DNA of 64,000 nt from Myxococcota bacterium. GTDB taxonomy: Bacteria > Myxococcota_A > Polyangia > Nannocystales > Nannocystaceae. The notes beneath the pieces are model-generated. The model did no database searches. It was not told where the DNA came from and saw only the letters and a program-made list of their open reading frames with translations. The stretch is from positions 71,321 to 135,320 of the forward strand of contig JBCCWC010000009.1 of the NCBI GenBank assembly GCA_039194325.1. The letters are read 5' to 3'. The position numbers were made by a program, and so were the translations under genes. Numbering within the stretch: position 1 is the first letter of the stretch; each line of letters opens with the position of its first letter. Of this stretch, positions 10,021-19,150 are shown piece by piece.

Positions 10021-11484
10021 CTACTTCCGAAGGCGCACATGGAAGTGGTTGATGTGACCTTTCCAGTGGCGAATGATCCCGTGCGCACGCCGACGCCCAC
10101 GCGGGTACTGGAAGATCTCGTCGAGGAACTCCTCGCTGGCCCCGCGCTTGTCGCGGGCGTACTCGTACAGCAGCTTCTGCAGCTTGTAGTCCACGAACAC
10201 ATAGACAACCTGCTCGGTGTCGATGAACGACATGATGAGCCGCCAGGTACGGGCCACGTCGAGGTTCTTGGCGTTGGCCGCCCTAAAGCGGGTCTGCTTG
10301 GAGTCCTCGCCCGTCAGCACGTAGCCGATATCCACATCACGGCCATGCTGATGAGACTTGTGGGGCTTGAAGGGGCCCCCGCCGCGCTTGGAGATGTCGC
10401 CGATGTTGACCTTGGGCCCCCCCGGCATGCGCGTTTTGTAGGCCGCGACGGCGGTCTGGATCGTCCGGATCGTCTGCGAGGTCCCCCAGGCGCCGGCCTC
10501 CCACTTGATGTGGTAGTGCCGCCCGGGAGGCAGCAACACGCCCGCCCGCAGCACGCCCTTGTCGCGATCGACCCCCCCGAAGCCGGGCATGATCCCTCCG
10601 TCGACCCAGATCCGGAGGCTCTGCCCCACGCGCAGCGCGCTGGGATCCTCGAGCTTGCCCCGCTGGAACCGCTCGAGCTCGCGCCGGGTGAGATGGTAAC
10701 GCTGGGCGATCTCACCGAAGCTATCGCCGGCCTTGACCGTGTACGTGATCTCGTCGCGTTGCCGTGGCGCGATCTCGGGGCACACGCGTACCGTCTGCCC
10801 CACACTGAGCAAGTTGGGGTTCTTGCGGATCCGGGAGTTCCAACGCATCAGATCGCCCCGCCGCACGCCATAGCGACCTGCGATCGATCCGAGGTTCTCC
10901 CCGGGCACCACCGTGTGCTCGTAAAGCGGGGTGCGATGCCCACAGAGCTTGGAGGTCGAGGCTCGGCGCTGGTCGACACAGATCTGGAGCGTCTGGCCCA
11001 CCCGCAGCATGTGGGGCGGCTCGGCCACGCTCTTGTTGCGACGGAAGATCTCCTTGTCGGAGACGGCGTACTTGCTGGTGAGCTTGCTGAGTGTGTCGCC
11101 CTTTTGCACCTCGTGCTCGACGATCACCCCGCCCGAGCCGCAGGACCGGGCCCGCTTCTTCTTGGGAATCGACTCCTTCTTCTTGGAGCGGTCGACGCTC
11201 GCCTTGGCCTCCTTGGCCTCCTTGGCCTTTTGCTTGGCGAGCGCCTTGGCAGCGCAGACGTCGAGTTGCTGGCCGATGCGCAACAGGTCGGGGTTCTTCT
11301 TCAGCGCCGGGTTGCTATCGATCAGATCACGCTGGGACACCCCGTGCCGGTTGGCGATGTGTCCAAGGGTCTGCCCGGCAGCCACGGTGTGCGTGCAGTC
11401 TTTGCCCTTGGCCCAGCCATCGGTCGGCCAGGCCCCGAGGGTCAGGCCGACGATGAGTGCGAGTCCGAGACCAGCGCGCCGCAT
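10021..11484 (-). CDS. 4x LysM + penicillin-insensitive murein endopeptidase (MepA-like) domain, secreted
   Basis: signal peptide from MRRAG (11484); four LysM motifs; IGDISKRGGG..HKSHQHGRDVD and HINHFHVR metal motifs. Confidence 0.88.
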   Translation of the reverse strand: MRRAGLGLALIVGLTLGAWPTDGWAKGKDCTHTVAAGQTLGHIANRHGVSQRDLIDSNPALKKNPDLLRIGQQLDVCAAKALAKQKAKEAKEAKASVDRSKKKESIPKKKRARSCGSGGVIVEHEVQKGDTLSKLTSKYAVSDKEIFRRNKSVAEPPHMLRVGQTLQICVDQRRASTSKLCGHRTPLYEHTVVPGENLGSIAGRYGVRRGDLMRWNSRIRKNPNLLSVGQTVRVCPEIAPRQRDEITYTVKAGDSFGEIAQRYHLTRRELERFQRGKLEDPSALRVGQSLRIWVDGGIMPGFGGVDRDKGVLRAGVLLPPGRHYHIKWEAGAWGTSQTIRTIQTAVAAYKTRMPGGPKVNIGDISKRGGGPFKPHKSHQHGRDVDIGYVLTGEDSKQTRFRAANAKNLDVARTWRLIMSFIDTEQVVYVFVDYKLQKLLYEYARDKRGASEEFLDEIFQYPRGRRRAHGIIRHWKGHINHFHVRLRK

Positions 11485-11997
11485 GATGCGCCCAGGCTTC
11501 GCACACTCCGGCGCCGGCATCCATGAGGGATCGCCATGATCCCGCAAGTGCCCGCCAACGCAGACGGATCGGCGGTCGAGCCGCGCGCTTGGTACTAGGA
11601 CGCTCACGGCCGCTTCGAACGCGCGGGCGACCGCCGGGCTTCCCACCGATCGCCCTACGCACAAAACCAGCGCTCGACCTGCTCGGGGTTGGGCTCGGGG
11701 TCGTGCGCGGGCTCGATCGATTTCAGAACGGGTGGGATCCGGTGAAAGGATCCCGTCCGACCTCGGGCAAACGCCCCGACGGGTTTGGGTGTAGGGCGTT
11801 GTTGGGCAGAGCGCTCACCCGAGGTCGGTATGGACCGAGAAACCTCACCTGGGTTTGGGCGTGTTGATGAGGATCCCCGGCTGGGAAGTCGTTGTGGTGG
11901 GGGTTCGGGGCGCGCCGCCCCTCTCATCCAATACGACACCAGCGCTGGTGTGGTTTTCCGGCCCCGACGATCGAGTTTTTTCCAGTCCGGGGATCCT

Positions 11998-13137
11998 TCA
12001 GTCCCAGACCACACGGGCCAAGAACGCGATCGACGCAAGCAGCGAGCGCACCGAGGGGTGCCGGTCTCGCCGCCGCACGGCCAGCCCCTGCACCACGCTG
12101 GCGTGCACCCAGCGTGGCACCCGAGTGCCCTCGGGCCGCGGAGCCACCCGGCCGGCCAGGACCTCTTCGGCGATGGCCGAGGCGGTGGCCCCGACAAAGG
12201 GTCGGTAGCCGTAAAGGCCCTCGAACAAGGACACGCTAAAGGCGAATTGGTCGGTCCGGGCGTCGGCGGCGTGGCCGAGGAACAGCTCGGGCGCCATATA
12301 AGCGGGCGTCCCCACCACCACCCCCGCGTGGGTGAGCTCGGCCGGTAGGGTCGCGCCCGGGTCGGGGCCCATCGTGGTCAGGCCCATCGTGGTCAGGCCC
12401 GCGGTGCCATCGATCGTCCGCTCGGGGCTGCCCTGCGTGGTCAGCACGTCGGACGGAGACCGCGACGGGTCGCTCTGTTGAGTCTGGATGACCCCGGTGG
12501 TCTCCAGCCCGGTAATGCGGGACAGAGGCGACCGGGAGTGCTTGCCCTGCTCGTCGACCGTGTCGTCCAAGTCGCCCAAGAAGGTCGGCCGATGGTACGG
12601 ATTGCTTCCCGAGGTGGCCTCGACGTCCGAGGTGTCGCCGTCGGGGGGCGGCAAGATCGGAGCCCCGCTCGAGGCCAGCCCAAAGTCGACCACACGGGCT
12701 CGACCATCGCGACCCACCAGCACATTGGCCGGCTTGAAATCGCGATGGACCATCCCCACGTCGTGCGCGGCGGCCAGGCCCAGCCCTGCCTGGAAGTACA
12801 TGCTGAGCACCTCGCGCCAGGGCCGGATCGTCTTTTTGAGCCACTCGCGGAGCGACTGCCCGTCAACGAGCTCCATCGCGATGTACACCCCGCCCTCGTG
12901 CTCGCCCACATCGAACACGGTGGCCACGTTGGGGTGGGACAGCCGGGCCATCGCCTGGGCCTCCTCGCGCAGCTTCTCGCCGGCCCGGGCCGGGTTCGAG
13001 CCCAGCCGGTCGGGGCGCAGCAGCTTGACCGCCACCCGCCGCCCCAGCTCGGGATCGTGGGCGGCGAACACCATCCCCATACCGCCCTCGCCGAGCTGCT
13101 CTTCCACGCGATAGCGACCGATCTGGGCGGGGGGCAT
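11998..13137 (-). CDS. Ser/Thr protein kinase, kinase domain only
   Basis: LGEGGMG, VAVK, HRDFKPAN, DFGLA, GTPAYMAPE; start at MPPAQIG. Confidence 0.85.
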   Translation of the reverse strand: MPPAQIGRYRVEEQLGEGGMGMVFAAHDPELGRRVAVKLLRPDRLGSNPARAGEKLREEAQAMARLSHPNVATVFDVGEHEGGVYIAMELVDGQSLREWLKKTIRPWREVLSMYFQAGLGLAAAHDVGMVHRDFKPANVLVGRDGRARVVDFGLASSGAPILPPPDGDTSDVEATSGSNPYHRPTFLGDLDDTVDEQGKHSRSPLSRITGLETTGVIQTQQSDPSRSPSDVLTTQGSPERTIDGTAGLTTMGLTTMGPDPGATLPAELTHAGVVVGTPAYMAPELFLGHAADARTDQFAFSVSLFEGLYGYRPFVGATASAIAEEVLAGRVAPRPEGTRVPRWVHASVVQGLAVRRRDRHPSVRSLLASIAFLARVVWD

Positions 13138-13250
13138 GGGCAACAGACATGCTAGCTCGGATCCCCGACCGGAGAAATAGTGGGCGCGTGAGCGGGTCAC
13201 AGATGACCAGACCGAGCATCCCGGCCGCTCACGCCCCAGACGACCGAGCG

Positions 13251-13901
13251 CTACGACTCCGCAGGCGGCGGATAGACCCCGCCAGTGGCGTTCTCGACCG
13301 CCGCGGCGAGAAAAGCGAGCGAGCGCTCGAGGGTGGCGAAGCATGGGACGTCCGCACCACGAAGCACCTCGAGATCGATCATCCGGGTCATTGGCAGCTG
13401 GTCGATCGTAGGCTTGTACCGCCGGCTCCCCACGAAGTTACGGCTCAGCCACTCTTTGACGCCCCGACGAGCTTCCCAGTTGCCCTCGTAGCGAACGCCG
13501 GCCTTCAACCCGGGCCGCTGTTGTCCGCTGCGGTCGATGATGGGGCGCCCGGCCATCTGCGAAACGCAGGGGAGGAAGAGCACTTCGTACTCCCGGTGGA
13601 GGAGCACCAAGGCCGAGGGGAACGGGAGCGCCAACGCGCGTAGCCACGATGCCGCCTCGGGCGCGGCTTGCTTGGGGCACGCATCATCCTCGTCGCGTAG
13701 CACGAGCAACGCGCCGGCATCGGGCATCGATCGCACATACTTGGCCCCGCTCTCGATCCCCTTGCGCAGGTGCAGGTTCTTCCACCGGATCGGCTTGCCC
13801 CACGGCAGCCAGTGACCGGTCGCTTGCCAAGCGCGATTGATGAGATTTCCGGCGGCTTCCACCTCGCCGTGCCCCTCCACGAGCATGTATCCCTTGGCCA
13901 T
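13251..13901 (-). CDS. DUF4276-like (TOPRIM-fold) putative nuclease
   Basis: N-terminal LVEGHGE and LRDEDD (TOPRIM-like E and DxD), REYEVLFL, YKPTIDQ; 8 bp downstream of the ATPase. Confidence 0.7.
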   Translation of the reverse strand: MAKGYMLVEGHGEVEAAGNLINRAWQATGHWLPWGKPIRWKNLHLRKGIESGAKYVRSMPDAGALLVLRDEDDACPKQAAPEAASWLRALALPFPSALVLLHREYEVLFLPCVSQMAGRPIIDRSGQQRPGLKAGVRYEGNWEARRGVKEWLSRNFVGSRRYKPTIDQLPMTRMIDLEVLRGADVPCFATLERSLAFLAAAVENATGGVYPPPAES

Positions 13902-13909
13902 CGCGGGGC

Positions 13910-15067
13910 TTAGGAGATACCGGTTCGATGGCTCTGGGATGCCGCGGTGATTTCGCCGGTCTCTTGCTCGAGGCCCGGACCTCGGAGCAGATCCCCCAGG
14001 CTCGATAATCGACCCCGCACGGCTTGCTGTTGATGGGAGGCTATCGGACGCACCGTGGTGACCCCATCTCGCCGCTCGACAACCCTCACGTCGCCTGCCT
14101 CCACATGGTCCAACATCTCCGGGCTATGCGTCGTGATGATGACCTGACTTCTCTCGGTTGCCTGGTGGAGGAAATCATAGAGCAGGGGAATGGCCCCGGG
14201 ATGCACGGTAAGCTCGGGCTCCTCGATGCCGATGACAGGCACGGGCGGTTCTTGGAGCAGCGCCGAGATGATGCCCGCGACACGTAGTGTGCCGTCCGAT
14301 TCCTGCTGAGCCCCGAACCACTTGGGCTTTTCGCTGGCCCGGTGCTCGAACATCACCACCAGGTAGCCCGCGGTCGGCTCGACCTTGATATCGACGGTAT
14401 CACCGGTCAGCTTGTCCAGAGCCGCGACCAGCTCACTCTTCCAGGTATCGACGGGCTGATCCTTGAGAATGGAGACCCAGTTCTCCCCGTGGCGCTCCAT
14501 CGGCCGACGTGGGCTGTATTTTTGGGGGACCCGCAGCGTATCGGGGAAGATCGAATAGACCGACATTGCCCGGAGTGCATGCACCAATGGCGAGAATCGC
14601 TCATCTCCCCCCACCAGCTGCAACGCCAGCGCCCGACGGCTCAGGGGAGGCCGTAGATCCGACGGTCCCTTGGTCCATTGCCCGTCGTTCACTCGAAACT
14701 CGACCCTGGTCCCGTCGGAACGGGTCAACCGCACGTGCTCGGACGCGACATGGTACGCCTCCACGTCGGTCCCGGTGAGAACGAAGCCATAGTGGCCATC
14801 GACCCCGTCGCCGAGCACGAGATCCACCTCGACCCGAAGATCGAAGGGCGGCCCCCCGCTCCACCGACGTACGGCCTCGATCCCATTACGATACGCCACC
14901 GCATCCGGAAGCCCCACGTGCATGGCATCCGAGACGAATCGGATCACATCGACCAGATTGCTCTTGCCCGAGCCATTGAGCCCAGCCAGAGCCGTGAAGC
15001 GACCGAAGTCGACGCAGACGTCCTCGCCGAGGCTGCGATAGTTCGAGACCCTGAGCGACTTGAGCAT
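13910..15067 (-). CDS. ABC-family ATPase (AAA_21/AAA_15 type)
   Basis: Walker A GLNGSGKS, signature-like ESDGTLR, Walker B IGIEEPE, H-loop TTHSPE; no TM segments. Confidence 0.88.
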   Translation of the reverse strand: MLKSLRVSNYRSLGEDVCVDFGRFTALAGLNGSGKSNLVDVIRFVSDAMHVGLPDAVAYRNGIEAVRRWSGGPPFDLRVEVDLVLGDGVDGHYGFVLTGTDVEAYHVASEHVRLTRSDGTRVEFRVNDGQWTKGPSDLRPPLSRRALALQLVGGDERFSPLVHALRAMSVYSIFPDTLRVPQKYSPRRPMERHGENWVSILKDQPVDTWKSELVAALDKLTGDTVDIKVEPTAGYLVVMFEHRASEKPKWFGAQQESDGTLRVAGIISALLQEPPVPVIGIEEPELTVHPGAIPLLYDFLHQATERSQVIITTHSPEMLDHVEAGDVRVVERRDGVTTVRPIASHQQQAVRGRLSSLGDLLRGPGLEQETGEITAASQSHRTGIS

Positions 15068-15129
15068 GACGCGGTCCGATCGACCCTACCGCGGTCCCGA
15101 CGCGCTCGCCAGCGGGTAGACTGCGCCCG

Positions 15130-17157
15130 ATGGCGAAGGCTCCTCGCTCGCTGGTGCTCGGCACCGCCGGTCACATCGACCATGGCAAGACTACCCTGGT
15201 CCGAGCGCTGACCGGCGTCGACACCGACCGGCTGCCCGAGGAAAAGAAGCGGGGGATCACCATCGAGCTGGGGTTTGCCGCCTGGGAGATGACGCCCGAG
15301 CTGCGCGCCAGCATCGTGGACATGCCGGGTCACGAGGGGTTCGTACGCACCATGGTCGCAGGCGCCGGGGGGATCGACCTGGTGATCCTGGTGGTGTCGG
15401 CCGAGGACGGGGTGATGCCCCAGACCCGCGAGCACCTCAACGTCTGTCGCCTGCTGGGCATCGAGCACGGGGTGGTGGCGCTGACCAAGGTCGACCGCCT
15501 CGAGGGCGACGAAGAAGCGAGCGAGCTGGCGGTGGAGGACGTCCGCGCCGCGCTCGAGGGCAGCGTGTTCGAGACGTCGAAGATCGTCCCATGCAGCGGG
15601 CAGACCGGCGAGGGGCTCGACACGCTGCGCAAGGAGCTGGTGCGACTGGCGGGCAAGCTGCCCCGCCGCGACAGCCAGGGCCCGGTGATCCTGCCGATCG
15701 ATCGCGTGTTCACGATCAAGGGCCACGGCACGGTCGTCACCGGGACGTTACTGTCGGGCGTGGTCGACCTGGGGACCGACCAGCACCTGCGGCTGGTCCC
15801 CGCAGGCACGGGCCGTGAGACGCGAGAGGTCCGCAGCCGCGGGGCCCAAGTGCGCAGCGCCGACGAGCAGCGCGTGCTGGCAGGCAACCGGCTGGCGATC
15901 AACCTCGCCGGGATCGAGGTGGCCGAGATCCACCGCGGCGACGTGCTGACCCGGGGCCCCACGGTGGCCGCGACCACGGCGGTGCACGCGATGCTCCAGC
16001 ACCTGCCGGGCCGCGATCCACCCTGGGCTCACGGGACCAGCGTGCAGCTATGCGCGGGCACGGCCCATACCCCGGCGCGACTCGATCCGCTGTGGCACGC
16101 GCCGCATCCCGATGGCGAGACGATCCCCGACGGTGAGATCACGATCCCTCCGGGGCACGAGGGGCTGGTGCGGATCCGGCTGGAGCAGCCCCTACCCCTG
16201 TGGCGAGACGAACGGCTGGTGATCCGGGGGTTCTCGTCGTCGACCGCGGTCGGAGCCCACGACGACCAAGGCTTGACCCTGGGAGGCGGCGTGGTGGTCG
16301 ACCCCGAGCCCTCCACGGGCCGCGGACAGCGAGCGCGGTGGATCGCGGTAGGCCGAGCGCTGGCCGACCCCGAGCTCGCCACGCGGGTCCGGGTGCTGGT
16401 GCACGACGCCGGGGTCCAAGGCACCGATCGCACCACAATAGAGCGCCGGGCGGGGCTGCGCGACGCTCGGGAGCTGTTGCGCTCGATGAGCGAGGGCAAG
16501 CACGCGACGCTGGTGCCCCTGGGTCACGATCGCTATGTCCACACCGAAGCGGCGCGCCCCCTGGTCGAGCGAGTGATCGCAGGCGTCGATCGCTTCCACG
16601 CCCAAAACCCCATGCAGCCGGGGATCGGGCGGGCCTCGGCCGAGGGCCTGCTCGGCTCCCGGGTCGCCCCCGCGGTGGCCGGGTGGGCCGTGGACCAGGC
16701 GGTGGCCCGTGGGGCCCTGCGGGCGGTGGACGACCAGGGCACGCTGGCGCGGCCCGGCAAGGGCGTCCCCACCGAGGGGGCCCTCCCCGAACACATGCAG
16801 CGGGTGCTCGATCGCTACGAAGAGGCCGGGCTGACCGCGCCCAACCTCAAGGACGTGCAAGCCGCCTGCGGCCTGTCGAGTCGGCAGATCCTCGAGATCG
16901 TGGGGGTGCTCCAGCGCACCGGGCGGCTGGTCAAGCTCACCCAGGAGATCTCGCTGTCCAAAGCGAGCCACGAGGCGCTGGTGGACAAGGTGCGCGGCCA
17001 CCTGCACGAGCACGGCACGATCGACGTACAGGCGCTCAAGGCGATGACCGGGCTGAGCCGCAAGTATGCGGTGCCATTCTTGGAGCTGCTCGATCAGCTC
17101 GGGGTGACGCGACGTGAAGGAGACACGCGGCGGCCGGGACCACGGCTGGACCGGTGA
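15130..17157 (+). CDS. selB: selenocysteine-specific elongation factor SelB
   Basis: GTAGHIDHGKT, DRLPEEKKRGITIELGF, DMPGHE, TKVD; C-terminal winged helix LSRKYAVPFLELLD. Confidence 0.93.
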   Translation: MAKAPRSLVLGTAGHIDHGKTTLVRALTGVDTDRLPEEKKRGITIELGFAAWEMTPELRASIVDMPGHEGFVRTMVAGAGGIDLVILVVSAEDGVMPQTREHLNVCRLLGIEHGVVALTKVDRLEGDEEASELAVEDVRAALEGSVFETSKIVPCSGQTGEGLDTLRKELVRLAGKLPRRDSQGPVILPIDRVFTIKGHGTVVTGTLLSGVVDLGTDQHLRLVPAGTGRETREVRSRGAQVRSADEQRVLAGNRLAINLAGIEVAEIHRGDVLTRGPTVAATTAVHAMLQHLPGRDPPWAHGTSVQLCAGTAHTPARLDPLWHAPHPDGETIPDGEITIPPGHEGLVRIRLEQPLPLWRDERLVIRGFSSSTAVGAHDDQGLTLGGGVVVDPEPSTGRGQRARWIAVGRALADPELATRVRVLVHDAGVQGTDRTTIERRAGLRDARELLRSMSEGKHATLVPLGHDRYVHTEAARPLVERVIAGVDRFHAQNPMQPGIGRASAEGLLGSRVAPAVAGWAVDQAVARGALRAVDDQGTLARPGKGVPTEGALPEHMQRVLDRYEEAGLTAPNLKDVQAACGLSSRQILEIVGVLQRTGRLVKLTQEISLSKASHEALVDKVRGHLHEHGTIDVQALKAMTGLSRKYAVPFLELLDQLGVTRREGDTRRPGPRLDR

Positions 17158-17417
17158 GGCTGTTGTCTATGCCGAGGCCGGCTCGGGATGCGCGACTTCG
17201 TCGCGCCCGGCCTCGGTCTTGCCCATCCACGGTAGCGGCGGTGGCGGGGCCGGCGATGTTGCTGACCGCCTCGGGGTGTCCGGGCACCGCACCGCACGCG
17301 GAGCCCGTCCGGCAGGCCAAGCCCGCGCCGCCGCCCAAGGTCGGGGGGATCCGCCGGGTACGTGCCGAAGGAGGCACGACCCTGGTCGAGCTGATGGACT
17401 TCGAGGCGCCAGCGTGA
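17154..17417 (+). CDS. small hypothetical protein coupled to selB (possible lipoprotein or DsbA-like remnant)
   Basis: GTGA overlap with the selB stop; LLTASGC lipobox-like; ends TLVELMDFEAPA-TGA. Confidence 0.35.
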   Translation: MRLLSMPRPARDARLRRARPRSCPSTVAAVAGPAMLLTASGCPGTAPHAEPVRQAKPAPPPKVGGIRRVRAEGGTTLVELMDFEAPA

Positions 17418-17428
17418 CTGACCCGACC

Positions 17429-18535
17429 TCAGTGCGCGGCTCGGTCCACGGGCTCGGCACAGATCCCCAAGCTGGCATAATCCGCGGGAATCGGCGGCCG
17501 GTCGAACACCGCAACGCACACGTGATCGGGCCGCTGCATCGCGGCACACTGCGCATCAGCGTCGGGCTCGCTCGTGTCGCACCACCGCGTGCAGCAGCTC
17601 GGGGAGCCGCAGCCGCCGTAGGTCGCCGCCGAGATGCACAGCGCGGTCCCGGGGCAGGGCTCGTCGTCGTCGCCGCACTGGATCGTCGGCGAGAGCACCC
17701 GCCCTCCCTGGTCGGGGATGCAAAACGCCGCCCGGCTCGCGGCGAAGTAGCGACAAGCAGCCGCGCCAGCGCAGGGTCGGGACGCGAGCGGATCGCAAGG
17801 AGGGAGACACAGCGCCAGCGCCCCCGCGCCATCGATCATGCACTCGGTGCCCGCGGGGCACACCGGCGAGTCGCCCGGCAGCCCGCAGAACGGAACGCAG
17901 GTGCCCTGCAGGGTGACCGGATCGGCGTCCCAGCACATCGAGCCGATCGGGCAGTCATCGAGCCCCGACACCACGCTGTCGATGAGGGTACAGATCTGCC
18001 CCACGCCCACCGGATCGGGTGAGACCTCGATGCACCGGGTACCGTTCCAGGCGTCACCGCCGTCCTCCGCCCAGGCCACGCACCGAAAGCCGTCCACGCA
18101 GCTCTGCTCCCGCACGTCACAAAGGGCACATTGAGGCGAGACGCCTGGCACCGCCTGAGCACACGCCAGGTCCAGGGGACCCACAAAGCCGACCTCGGAG
18201 CCGTCGTCGCCCGGACCCTCCTGGCCGAAGGTCGGCCCCGGCGGCTCCCCGACCGTGGTCCCCAAGCTGGGCCCGGTGGTCGGACCCGTGCTCGAGCCCG
18301 CCGCACTGGTCGCACCCACCGATCCCTCGCCTGCAGGCGATGCGGGAGGAACGCACGCACCGAGCGCCAGGAGCACGCCGGACCACCGCCGTGCGGCGCG
18401 GCGCCCGGTTGGCCGCCGCCGGATCTGCGCCCGTACCCGCCACCAGATCCACCCCCGCACCTGCCCTCGCACGACCCGAGCGTAGAACCGGGGAAAAATC
18501 GCGATCAACCCGCGCGCGAGGAACGGCCAGGGCAA
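17429..18535 (-). CDS. Cys-rich myxobacterial lipoprotein (start uncertain)
   Basis: LLALGAC lipobox, S/T/G tether, dense Cys domain (CDVREQSC..WNGTRC..CCTRWCD). Confidence 0.7.
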   Translation of the reverse strand: MPWPFLARGLIAIFPRFYARVVRGQVRGWIWWRVRAQIRRRPTGRRAARRWSGVLLALGACVPPASPAGEGSVGATSAAGSSTGPTTGPSLGTTVGEPPGPTFGQEGPGDDGSEVGFVGPLDLACAQAVPGVSPQCALCDVREQSCVDGFRCVAWAEDGGDAWNGTRCIEVSPDPVGVGQICTLIDSVVSGLDDCPIGSMCWDADPVTLQGTCVPFCGLPGDSPVCPAGTECMIDGAGALALCLPPCDPLASRPCAGAAACRYFAASRAAFCIPDQGGRVLSPTIQCGDDDEPCPGTALCISAATYGGCGSPSCCTRWCDTSEPDADAQCAAMQRPDHVCVAVFDRPPIPADYASLGICAEPVDRAAH

Positions 18536-18547
18536 CGAGGTACGGGT

Positions 18548-19033
18548 ATGCTGGGGGTCGTGAAGGGACGCGTGACGGGGCTTTGGGGACTGGCGCTGGT
18601 GCTGGCGTGCGACCGCCCCGCCCCCGCCACCGAGCCGGTCGACCGCGTGCTCGCTCTCGAGGTCGACGCCAGCACGGTGGAGCCGCGGCTGGCCGACGTG
18701 GGTGTGCTCTCGGTGGAGGTCTATGGCCTGCGTCAGACCACCTCGCTATGCACGCTGGCTCGTCGCTGCCTCTATCCGCTCGATCTCGGTCAGCCGCAGA
18801 CCGGCGATCAGCTCCAGGCCGCGCTCCGCGAGGTGCAGCCCCTGGTCGAGGTCGACGCCAGCGACGCTCACCAGATCGCGGTCGTGGGCCGAAGCGGCGG
18901 CCTATGCGACGAGCAGGGCCCCTTCGTCATGTGCGGCTTCGCCGACCTGGGCACGGCCCGCGACGACGCACTGACCGTCTCGCTGACCGAAGCGCAGTGC
19001 CCAACAACCCTGCCCGAGTTCTGCCCGGGCTGA
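18548..19033 (+). CDS. hypothetical lipoprotein
   Basis: ATG at 18548; LALVLAC lipobox. Confidence 0.65.
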   Translation: MLGVVKGRVTGLWGLALVLACDRPAPATEPVDRVLALEVDASTVEPRLADVGVLSVEVYGLRQTTSLCTLARRCLYPLDLGQPQTGDQLQAALREVQPLVEVDASDAHQIAVVGRSGGLCDEQGPFVMCGFADLGTARDDALTVSLTEAQCPTTLPEFCPG

Positions 19034-19150
19034 CGACGCCAGACCATGGACTCCAGTCGAGGTCACCTGCCCCCCACCCCGCAACCTGCCGAAATCGCAC
19101 GGCAGCATGTCGGTATGCGATGTGCACATACCTGGGTGGGGGCCACGACA

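Noticed and set aside
15068..17430. selA, selC (tRNA-Sec) or selD next to selB
   Set aside because: No such ORF or tRNA-like sequence recognised
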